Assembly (NCBI RefSeq): GCF_934202705.1
Contig: NZ_CAKPYE010000008.1
Location: 12,528 to 76,527, forward strand
DNA length: 64,000 bases
Origin: an uncultured Limosilactobacillus sp.
GTDB lineage: Bacteria > Bacillota > Bacilli > Lactobacillales > Lactobacillaceae
Direction of reading: 5' to 3'
Part shown: positions 45,969-53,601 of the stretch, in pieces
How the letters are laid out: the number at the start of each line of letters is the position of its first letter
How positions within the stretch are numbered: the first letter of the stretch is position 1
The notes under the pieces: model-generated
What the model was told of the DNA's origin: nothing
Database searches by the model: none
The model's input: the letters and a program-made list of their open reading frames with translations, nothing else
Translations under genes and position numbers: made by a program

Positions 45969-47369
45969 ATGAATCAAAAAATTAAGCATCCCTATTTAGT
46001 GATCTCTGGCATGTTATTGGGAGCATTTGTCGGTATGTTTAGCGAGACTTCATTAAACATTGCTTTACCGACATTGGTAAGAAGTTTTGCGATCTCCACA
46101 TCCACCGTTCAATGGTTAGTGACAGGTTATATGCTAGTGATTGGAATTATCTTACCGTTATCCAGTATTATTGCCAAATGGTTTACAACCCGCCAGATCA
46201 TCGAATTTGCATTAATTGATTTTATAACTGGCGCGGTTATTTCTGCCTTGGCACCTAATTTTTTGATTTTATTATTGGGACGGATGATTCAAGGGGTGGG
46301 AACTGGCTTGATTCTTCCGCTTATGTTTGCAGTAACTATGCAAGTCTTTCCGCCCGATAAAATTGGGACAGCGATTGGCATAAATGGGCTGGTAATTATG
46401 TTTGCTCCGGCCATTGGTCCAACCTTAACTGGATTTATTTTAGGACACCTTTCCTGGAATTGGGTTTTCTGGTTGTTTGTTCCGTTCCTAGTCATTGCCT
46501 TATTATTTACAATGAAGTTCTTAGTTAACATTGAGCAGATTACCCGACCGCGAGTTGATAAACTATCTATTACTGAATCTGCAGTCGGTTGTTCGTGCAT
46601 CGTAGTAGGGGTCAGTTTTGCGAGCGCTTTTGGCTGGCAATCATGGCAAGTATTGATTCTGTTGGCAATTGGCATCATTGTGTTGGCTGCTTATACCGTT
46701 CGCCAGATTAAATTGCCAGTACCAATTCTTAAATTGCAGACCTTGAAAAATAAGAACTTTGCAATCTGTGTCATGATTGTGATGCTTGATTTTGGCATGA
46801 TGCTTTCAGCAATGTATTTATTACCAATGTATCTGCAAAATAGTTTACTAATTCCGGTAGCTGTAACGGGAATTATTATGTTGCCAGGTGGGATTATAAA
46901 TGCCTTAACATCTGCCGTTGCTGGTCGAATTTATGATAGTATCGGTTTTAGAAAACCAGCCATTTTTGGCTTTATCATTGCCTTAGTTGGGGCAATTATG
47001 TTGGCTTTTACTACCATTCATTCTTCAATTTTTTATATCATTACGGCTAATGTGATTTTAATGATTGGCGGGCCATTGGCCATGTCGCCAGTCCAAAGTG
47101 GTGCTTTGAGTTCACTGTCTGCAACTGATTCGGGTGATGGTTCAACAATCCTCAACACAGTTCAACAGATTTTTGGTGCAATATGTACGGCCATTGCTAC
47201 GAGCCTTTTAGGAATTGGTGAGCGATCAGTTAGTGGGCGGACTGCAGTTAAGTTTGTGGTTGGTTTTCATTATGGCATCGGATTTACGATTTTTGTGATA
47301 ATCTTAGGAATCATTTTGGTTGCCTTAACTAAAGAACATAAAGAGACAACCAATGTCAAGCCTAATTAA
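45969..47369 (+). CDS. MFS transporter, DHA2 (EmrB/QacA, 14-TM) drug:H+ antiporter family
   Basis: 466 aa, about 14 TM. GRMIQGVGTGLILP motif. Confidence 0.85.
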   Translation: MNQKIKHPYLVISGMLLGAFVGMFSETSLNIALPTLVRSFAISTSTVQWLVTGYMLVIGIILPLSSIIAKWFTTRQIIEFALIDFITGAVISALAPNFLILLLGRMIQGVGTGLILPLMFAVTMQVFPPDKIGTAIGINGLVIMFAPAIGPTLTGFILGHLSWNWVFWLFVPFLVIALLFTMKFLVNIEQITRPRVDKLSITESAVGCSCIVVGVSFASAFGWQSWQVLILLAIGIIVLAAYTVRQIKLPVPILKLQTLKNKNFAICVMIVMLDFGMMLSAMYLLPMYLQNSLLIPVAVTGIIMLPGGIINALTSAVAGRIYDSIGFRKPAIFGFIIALVGAIMLAFTTIHSSIFYIITANVILMIGGPLAMSPVQSGALSSLSATDSGDGSTILNTVQQIFGAICTAIATSLLGIGERSVSGRTAVKFVVGFHYGIGFTIFVIILGIILVALTKEHKETTNVKPN

Positions 47370-47414
47370 TGGAGGCAGTCACCTGGCTTTAAAAATATAA
47401 TTTTGATCAAATAA

Positions 47415-47445
47415 AAACCTAGTGTTCTATTTGAACACTGGGTTT
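47415..47445. terminator. bidirectional Rho-independent terminator
   Basis: aaacctagtgttc (47415-47427) / gaacactgggttt (47433-47445), between convergent genes. Confidence 0.75.
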
Positions 47446-47459
47446 AATTATTAATTGAT

Positions 47460-47783
47460 TCAAATGAAGTGAAGGCACAACATATAAAAACCGGTCCCTA
47501 TTAAAATCGAGAGGGGCATATTATGTTTCCAAAGATGAATGAAGAGGGTCACGATGCCGGCACTAATTGCAATCAATGCTTTGCTCGGGACAGCGAAGGA
47601 TAAGTTACGGTAACAATAGACGACTAAGACGCCCATGATTGCTGCTGGTAAAAATTTGCCTAATTGTTCTAAGTATGGCGAAAGCCCTTTTGATTGATTA
47701 AACATTAAAAAGGGGATAAATCGTGTCGCCATGGTAACTAACGCAGCAATTAAAATTGAAAGAATTTGTTGAGTTGTCGTCAT
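47460..47783 (-). CDS. azlD: branched-chain amino acid exporter small subunit AzlD
   Basis: 107 aa, 3-4 TM. 4-nt overlap with the upstream azlC-like gene. Confidence 0.75.
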   Translation of the reverse strand: MTTTQQILSILIAALVTMATRFIPFLMFNQSKGLSPYLEQLGKFLPAAIMGVLVVYCYRNLSFAVPSKALIAISAGIVTLFIHLWKHNMPLSILIGTGFYMLCLHFI

Positions 47784-48466
47784 TGAAGGACACCTCGTTT
47801 TCTAAAATAATTGATTGAAAATAGTCCAACTAGTACTAATAATGCTACGAGTAAAAAAGTATCAGTTCCACAGAACAGACGACAAATCCAGGCAGTGACT
47901 AAACCAATTAGTGCGTTGCGTTGGGAGGTTGGCTTAGTTAATTGATCAGTAAAAAGGACAATAAACAGGGCTGTCATGACAAAGCCTAAACCGGTGAGTT
48001 TTAAATGAATCAGTGTTCCTAAGAGACCGCCTAATCCAGCACCACAAACCCAACTAAAGTAATTCAAAGCAGTAATGTAGAAATAAACTAGTGATCGATT
48101 GAGTGTTTTGGGGACATCCAGTGTTGCATTGAGTGAAAAAGATTCGTCACACATGCCAAAAATTAAAATTGGTTTGAGTTTTCCTGCCTGCGAATATTTT
48201 TTCAACATGGTAATTCCATAAAAGATGTGTCGAGAATTGATCAGTAATGTGAGCACGAGGACGGTTAATGGCTGAAAACTTTGCACTAATAAGTTAGCAA
48301 TAATAAATTCAATTGAACCTGCAAAAATGATGGCAGCCATTAATAATGGATAGACAAAACTGAACCCTAATTTGTGCATGTACATTCCATAGCTAATGCC
48401 GAGGAAAATAAAGCCGAGCATCACTGGGAAAGTTTTTTGAAAAGCAAAACGTGCTTCTTTACGCAT
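47780..48466 (-). CDS. azlC: branched-chain amino acid exporter AzlC
   Basis: Track ORF trimmed to ATG 48466 (SD aaggagg). MRKEARFAFQKTFPVMLGFIFLGISYG is the AzlC N-terminal pattern. Confidence 0.8.
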   Translation of the reverse strand: MRKEARFAFQKTFPVMLGFIFLGISYGMYMHKLGFSFVYPLLMAAIIFAGSIEFIIANLLVQSFQPLTVLVLTLLINSRHIFYGITMLKKYSQAGKLKPILIFGMCDESFSLNATLDVPKTLNRSLVYFYITALNYFSWVCGAGLGGLLGTLIHLKLTGLGFVMTALFIVLFTDQLTKPTSQRNALIGLVTAWICRLFCGTDTFLLVALLVLVGLFSINYFRKRGVLQ

Positions 48467-48568
48467 TGCGTCCAACCTCCTTAGAATAAAAATTTGACTT
48501 AATCTTAGTGGACTTTTAATATGCATACAAGAGATAAATTGTATGCATTACAAAAAAGAGGTTTGACA

Positions 48569-49969
48569 ATGCCAATTAATGATTTTAGTCATCATCAGCT
48601 GACGTGGTATCCAGATAAAACTAAACTCAAACGACCGCTTTATCGCAGTCTGCTTAAACAATTAACGTCAGCGATCAATAATGGCCAGTTAAAACCAGGT
48701 ACTCAGTTACCACCACAGAGGGAACTGGCTGACTTTTTAGATATTAATTTCACCACGGTGACGCGAACTTATAAGTTAAGCGCCCAGTATGGACTAACTT
48801 ATGGAATTCATGGTAAGGGAACGTTTGTCAGTTCGAACGGCATTGATCCATTAACTGTTAATACCAAACGATTACCAATGATTGAGCTGGGGTTTGTGGC
48901 TTCCTTTGAGCAAACTAACCATTTACTTGATGGCATCATCAAACAAACGGTCAAAGAAGGAGCTAGTCAGCTACTTACTTATGATGATCCGACTGGGCGG
49001 TTGGTAGATAAAGAGGCCTTTTTAGAATATTTAAATTGGCTCGGGATTAGTCTGAACACTAGTCAACGGGTAATTGTTACGCCTGGTGGAGAAAATTCAT
49101 TAACGTTGCTCTTAATGACAATGTTTTCGAGTGGTGACCGAATTGCTGTCGATGAATTTACTTATGGCAATCTGATTGCGACAGCGCAGCTGAATAATAT
49201 CCACTTAGTGGCGGTTCAAAATGATCATTTGGGAATGATTCCAGATCAATTAGAAAAGGCGTGTCTAAATAATCATTTGGCAGGGATCTATCTGATGCCG
49301 GAGTATAGCAATCCACTAGGGATTACCATGCCAATCGCCCGACGGCAAAAACTCGCAGCAATCATGAAAAAGCACCATCTCAAAGTTATTGAAGATGATT
49401 ACATGAGCTTTTTAACTAAGTTTAATCCAGACCATCCAGTAAAATTAATGCAGCTTCTACCACAGCAAACTTTCTATGTTTGTAGCATGTCCAAAGTGGT
49501 TGCCTCAGGATTGCGCATTAGCTATCTTGTTTTTCCGCGACAGTTTCAATCACAAGTGGAAAATGGCTTCTTTAATACGATGGTTAAAACCTCAACCCTT
49601 AACAGTGCCATAGCAACCAATATTATTAAACAGGGGTTAGTCTATCAAATTATTGATCATAAATTATCCTTAGCCAAACAAGCTAACCATATTTTTGACC
49701 AGATTTATGGACAAAGTTCACCAAATGAGATCACTGAATTGGCCTATTTTCGTAATTTACCAGTCAGTGCTCGCTCAGAAGGTCAGGATATTGAAGCAGA
49801 TCTACTAAAAAAGGGAATTCGTTGCTTTAGTTCCAAGCGTTTTAAAGTCAATGCAGGTAACCAGCACGACTTTTTACGGGTCTCCTTGTCTGGAACCAAA
49901 TCCATGAATGAATTGTCGCGGGGGTTGAAGCTTCTACAACAGTATTTAGAGCAAAATTGTTTAATTTAG
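48569..49969 (+). CDS. MocR-type regulator (GntR wHTH fused to aminotransferase-fold domain)
   Basis: ATG 48569 after aaagagg. wHTH LPPQRELADFLDINFTTVTRTYKL. PLP-lysine context SMSKVVASGLRISY. Divergent from azlCD. Confidence 0.8.
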   Translation: MPINDFSHHQLTWYPDKTKLKRPLYRSLLKQLTSAINNGQLKPGTQLPPQRELADFLDINFTTVTRTYKLSAQYGLTYGIHGKGTFVSSNGIDPLTVNTKRLPMIELGFVASFEQTNHLLDGIIKQTVKEGASQLLTYDDPTGRLVDKEAFLEYLNWLGISLNTSQRVIVTPGGENSLTLLLMTMFSSGDRIAVDEFTYGNLIATAQLNNIHLVAVQNDHLGMIPDQLEKACLNNHLAGIYLMPEYSNPLGITMPIARRQKLAAIMKKHHLKVIEDDYMSFLTKFNPDHPVKLMQLLPQQTFYVCSMSKVVASGLRISYLVFPRQFQSQVENGFFNTMVKTSTLNSAIATNIIKQGLVYQIIDHKLSLAKQANHIFDQIYGQSSPNEITELAYFRNLPVSARSEGQDIEADLLKKGIRCFSSKRFKVNAGNQHDFLRVSLSGTKSMNELSRGLKLLQQYLEQNCLI

Positions 49970-49976
49970 CATGATG

Positions 49977-50005
49977 AAATCACCCAATTAGCGGGTGATT
50001 TTTTG
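49977..50005 (+). terminator. Rho-independent terminator
   Basis: aaatcaccc (49977-49985) / gggtgattt (49993-50001) plus T-run. Confidence 0.8.
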
Positions 50006-50010
50006 CTTCA

Positions 50011-50024
50011 CGAACAGGCGTTTA
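50011..50024. promoter_or_regulatory. Cheo/LexA-type SOS box 1 (CGAAC-AGGC-GTTTA)
   Basis: Matches the Gram-positive LexA consensus CGAAC-RNRY-GTTYC at all but the last position. Lies just upstream of tataat (50030-50035). Confidence 0.55.
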
Positions 50025-50040
50025 TGATATATAATACATA

Positions 50041-50056
50041 AGAACAAATGTTTGCG
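50041..50056. promoter_or_regulatory. Cheo/LexA-type SOS box 2 (aGAAC-AAAT-GTTTg), 16-mer identical to 60289-60304
   Basis: agaacaaatgtttgcg lies 5 nt downstream of tataat and 12 nt upstream of the polymerase ATG. The identical 16-mer precedes the second Y-family polymerase. Confidence 0.6.
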
Positions 50057-50067
50057 GAGGCGAGTTA

Positions 50068-51366
50068 ATGATTACTCAAGAAGAACCAGCGGGAGTGTTT
50101 GCATTTATTGATAACAAGTCTTTTTATGCAACTGTCGAATGTACTGAACGTGGCTTAGATCCGCTGACGACTCCGCTAGTGGTCATGTCTGAAGCGGCAA
50201 ATACGGGGAGTGGGCTTGTTTTAGCATCTTCACCAATGGCTAAACAGTTGTATCATATCACCAATGTGAACCGACGACGGGACCTGCCAGATGACCCTAA
50301 TCTGATTGTGGTACCACCGCGAATGAACCTCTATATTGAAAAAAACATGGCTGTGAACCAGATTTTTAATGAGTATGTTGCTGATGAAGACTTGATGCCG
50401 TATTCGATTGACGAATCATTATTGGACCTGACCCATTCCTGGCGGTTATTCGGTAATAATCTTCTCGAAGTCATTCGAAAAATTCAACGGGAAGTTTTAG
50501 AGCGCGAGCAATTAGTATTAACGGTTGGTTTAGGAAACAACCCAATCCAGGCAAAGATTGCACTAGATTGTTATGCAAAGCATAATCGCGAATTAATTGG
50601 GGTAATTACTAATCATACTGTTCGTTCGAAAATCTGGCGGATTAAGCATTTAACTGATGTTTGGGGAATTAACAAACGAACTGAAGTCCGCTTAAATCGT
50701 CTTAACATTTATTCTGTTGACGATTTAGCGCATGCAGATCCGTTTTACTTAAAATCACAACTAGGGATTATTGGCACCCAATTATACGCGACAGCTTGGG
50801 GTATTGACCGTACCCAAATGACGCAAACCATGCACATTCGACACCAAAGTATTGGTAATTCGCAGGTTTTACCGCGTGATTATCGCCAGCGGGACGAGAT
50901 TGAGGTGGTCTTAAAAGAGATTGGTGCTCAGGTAGCAGCGCGACTCCGTGCTCAGAATAAGCAGTGTCAAGGGATCCATTTATATGTTGGCTATTCCATG
51001 GGGGTGCTCGATAAGAATGGTCAAACTGGCTTTGCTCATTCACTAAAGTTGCCCGTTTCCACTGCTGAAACCAACCAGATTAATGATCAATTAATTTGGC
51101 TCTTTGAAAAATATTGGGATCAGCACGCCACCATTCGCCATTTAGGGGTGGCATGCACGAGGCTATCATCCCGTTTTGGTGAGCAGCTAGATCTTTTCCA
51201 TCCTAAGGTGACTCAGCGAATGCAATTGGAAAGTACGATGGACACGCTACGCCATCGGTTTGGTAAAACAGCAATTGTTCGAGCCTCAAGCTTAGAAAAA
51301 GGAGCAACTTTTATTGCTAGAAGTAAATTGGTAGGTGGCCACAATGGTGGACAAAGTTTGGACTAA
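50068..51366 (+). CDS. Y-family DNA polymerase (UmuC/ImpB/UvrX-like)
   Basis: 432 aa. FAFIDNKSFYATVE and YSIDESLLDL catalytic motifs. Confidence 0.85.
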   Translation: MITQEEPAGVFAFIDNKSFYATVECTERGLDPLTTPLVVMSEAANTGSGLVLASSPMAKQLYHITNVNRRRDLPDDPNLIVVPPRMNLYIEKNMAVNQIFNEYVADEDLMPYSIDESLLDLTHSWRLFGNNLLEVIRKIQREVLEREQLVLTVGLGNNPIQAKIALDCYAKHNRELIGVITNHTVRSKIWRIKHLTDVWGINKRTEVRLNRLNIYSVDDLAHADPFYLKSQLGIIGTQLYATAWGIDRTQMTQTMHIRHQSIGNSQVLPRDYRQRDEIEVVLKEIGAQVAARLRAQNKQCQGIHLYVGYSMGVLDKNGQTGFAHSLKLPVSTAETNQINDQLIWLFEKYWDQHATIRHLGVACTRLSSRFGEQLDLFHPKVTQRMQLESTMDTLRHRFGKTAIVRASSLEKGATFIARSKLVGGHNGGQSLD

Positions 51367-51667
51367 AAAAGCTGGTCAAAAAATTATTGAACAGCTTGAT
51401 CAGCATTTTAAAAATAATATCGTTCTGGTTCGTTATTGGATTATTGTTAATCACTATTCACCAAAACACGGATATACCTTTTTTTTCAATATTCAACGAC
51501 CACACCATTTTACGCGATCGATTCCGATTGGGACGGTAGGCGATTGTACTTTTGACGAATTGATAGTCATTTTGAATGAGATTAGGACTAAGTATCACTT
51601 TACTTTTCGTTATTATAATTTTGCCATTTCAGAATACCAAAGATTGTCACGGGAGGTGAGCCAATAA
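51344..51667 (+). CDS. hypothetical protein (~107 aa) between polymerase and YolD-like ORF
   Basis: Track ORF 51335..51667. ATG 51344 after ggtaggtgg. Overlaps the polymerase 3' end by 23 nt. No family recognised. Confidence 0.45.
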   Translation: MVDKVWTKKAGQKIIEQLDQHFKNNIVLVRYWIIVNHYSPKHGYTFFFNIQRPHHFTRSIPIGTVGDCTFDELIVILNEIRTKYHFTFRYYNFAISEYQRLSREVSQ

Positions 51668-51834
51668 TGCGCTATTATACTGATTATGAGGCTTTAAAGG
51701 TGGCCGAAAATTTTTTCAAGTACTACTACCATGATCGAGGCAAGATAAAGTGGGGCGGCTTTATTCTTTCGGAGCATCGCAAGGCCATCCGTGATTTTCA
51801 CCAAATCCAGGCTAACGAAGGGCCACAAGGATAA
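51667..51834 (+). CDS. short YolD-like protein (55 aa), not in supplied track
   Basis: TAATG overlap with the preceding ORF. MRYYTDYEALKVAENFFKYYYHDRGKIKWGGFILSEHRKAIRDF... The DRG.IKW..F.L.EH core is the YolD-like signature seen next to Firmicute Y-family polymerases. Confidence 0.5.
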   Translation: MRYYTDYEALKVAENFFKYYYHDRGKIKWGGFILSEHRKAIRDFHQIQANEGPQG

Positions 51835-51943
51835 AATAAAAAGAGCCCTCATAGCGGATAGAACAGTCCACCAGGCTCCTTTTATGAAAGTAGTATGTCA
51901 TCTGTCTATTATATTATCATGGTAACGCTTTCACTGCAACATT

Positions 51944-52057
51944 TTAATTTTCTTTTGCCGTTACCTTTTGTAAGGTATCACCAATTACATACCCTAGACT
52001 CGTTGAGATACTCAAAATTAATGTATTTTTCAAAATTTGTTTTGCTTCGTTTTTCAT
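51944..52057 (-). CDS. small hypothetical protein (37 aa) with strong SD, not in supplied track
   Basis: Minus strand ggagga, 8 nt, ATG (52057). MKNEAKQILKNTLILSISTSLGYVIGDTLQKVTAKEN, TAA at 51946-51944. Single amphipathic/hydrophobic core. Confidence 0.35.
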   Translation of the reverse strand: MKNEAKQILKNTLILSISTSLGYVIGDTLQKVTAKEN

Positions 52058-52256
52058 AATTAATTCCTCCAGCTAAGTAAGAACCTTAGCATTCTCACTA
52101 ATTACGACTCCATTCTACTAAACCGGCGCGATAATATTACAGAACCGTTACAGACTTTATAGAAATTTAGTAATTATCAAAGAATTATTTAGAAAACGTT
52201 TTCAAAAAATATGGAATATGATAATCTGAAAACAACCATGAAAGGAATAGGAAATT

Positions 52257-52682
52257 ATGACAAAAAATGAAGAAACATTAGTTTTAGTAAAACCGGACGG
52301 CGTTAAAACTCACCATATTGGTGACATCATTTCACGAATTGAACGAAAGGATTATCAAATTGTCGCCTTGAAAATGATGCAGCCTTCTGCTGAAAAGCTT
52401 CGCCAACACTACTTCGATAAGGTTAATCAGCCGTTTTTCCCAGAGTTGTTGAATTACATGATGGAGGGACCAATTGTTGGCATCATTATTGCAGGTACGA
52501 ACGTGGTCGAATCGATCCATAGAATGGCAGGAGCCACTAACCCAGGTAAAGCTGCTTGGGGCACCATTCGTGGCGATTATGGACGAGAATGGCCAGATGG
52601 AGTCCTACGCAGTATTATCCATACTTCTGATAATACTGCGAATGCGCAACGCGAAATCAAAATTTGGTTTCCGGAATACTAA
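52257..52682 (+). CDS. ndk: nucleoside-diphosphate kinase
   Basis: 141 aa. LVLVKPDGV and active-site His context IIHTSD. Confidence 0.9.
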   Translation: MTKNEETLVLVKPDGVKTHHIGDIISRIERKDYQIVALKMMQPSAEKLRQHYFDKVNQPFFPELLNYMMEGPIVGIIIAGTNVVESIHRMAGATNPGKAAWGTIRGDYGREWPDGVLRSIIHTSDNTANAQREIKIWFPEY

Positions 52683-52684
52683 AA

Positions 52685-52713
52685 AAAGATCGAACCGGTT
52701 GGTTCGATCTTTT
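52685..52713 (+). terminator. Rho-independent terminator
   Basis: aaagatcgaacc (52685-52696) / ggttcgatcttt (52701-52712). Confidence 0.85.
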
Positions 52714-53105
52714 ATAGATTGATTACTAATTTCCACGTGGCTATATTGTAGAAACTAGTACCAATCCAAAACTGAATGTCAATATTCAGTGGCTAATATT
52801 ATTCTACTAACAAGGATCGGGGATGAGCCTTGTCAGGTGGCTTTATTTCTTAACCACGATAGATATAATACAACCATACACATTTAAAATAAAGTCAAAA
52901 ACTAAAAAAATTCAAATTTTTAGTGAGAATTTTCTGAGAAAAAATTAAATTAAGAATATTTGTCAATTATCTTATAATAAAATAGTCATTTATTATCAAT
53001 GACCCAATGGCGGTGATTATGGAAGTTATATTTGAACGAGATGGTTTCTTCGCGCAATCTTAGAAAGTGGTTATCTCAAAGAGGCAGAAATTGACTTATT
53101 ATATT

Positions 53106-53115
53106 TACAACTGTA
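53106..53115. promoter_or_regulatory. cop box (TACAnnTGTA) operator
   Basis: tacaactgta sits between ttgact (53091-53096) and tagact (53114-53119), the predicted copY promoter. Confidence 0.65.
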
Positions 53116-53139
53116 GACTTAAAGAAATGAGGTGAAAAT

Positions 53140-53568
53140 ATGAATAAGGGTTTAGAAATTAGTCCTGCAGAATGGCAGGTCATGAGAATTGCCTGGACAC
53201 TCAATCAGGTTACCAGTACGCAGGTCATTGAAATTTTACAACGCAAAGTTGATTGGAAACCAGCGACGATTAAAACCTTGTTGCGCCGGTTAGTTCAGAA
53301 AAAGGCGTTAAAAACCACCCAGCAAGGACGGCGATTTATTTATGAACCATTAGTTGCAGAGCAAAGTACTATGGATATGGCAGTTGATGAGCTTTTTGGC
53401 AGTCTTTGTGAAATGCATATCGGCTCAACCCTGCTCCATGTGATTGAAAAGCACCAACTAAGTCAGGCTGATATAAAAAAATTACAAATATTATTACAAG
53501 AAAAAGCTAAAACAGCGCCGAAAATGGTTGATTGTAACTGTGTTCCTGGAGGTCAGCGTTGTCAGTAA
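53140..53568 (+). CDS. copY: CopY/TcrY-family copper-responsive repressor (BlaI/MecI wHTH)
   Basis: 142 aa. ISPAEWQVMRIAW...TIKTLLRRLVQKKAL wHTH. C-terminal Cys cluster CNCVPGGQRC. Confidence 0.8.
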   Translation: MNKGLEISPAEWQVMRIAWTLNQVTSTQVIEILQRKVDWKPATIKTLLRRLVQKKALKTTQQGRRFIYEPLVAEQSTMDMAVDELFGSLCEMHIGSTLLHVIEKHQLSQADIKKLQILLQEKAKTAPKMVDCNCVPGGQRCQ

Positions 53569-53598
53569 AACGGGAAATCATTCTATGACTTCCCGTTT
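53566..53598. terminator. bidirectional Rho-independent terminator
   Basis: aaaacgggaa (53566-53575) / ttcccgtttt (53589-53598), between convergent genes. Confidence 0.8.
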
Positions 53599-53601
53599 TG
53601 A

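Noticed and set aside
52715-53090. AT-rich ~400-bp spacer after ndk with two small hairpins (actgaat/attcagt near 52770; acaagg/ccttgt near 52812) as a possible sRNA or mobile-element scar
   Set aside because: No promoter-terminator pair, repeat ends or coding remnant could be defined by eye, so it is left unannotated.
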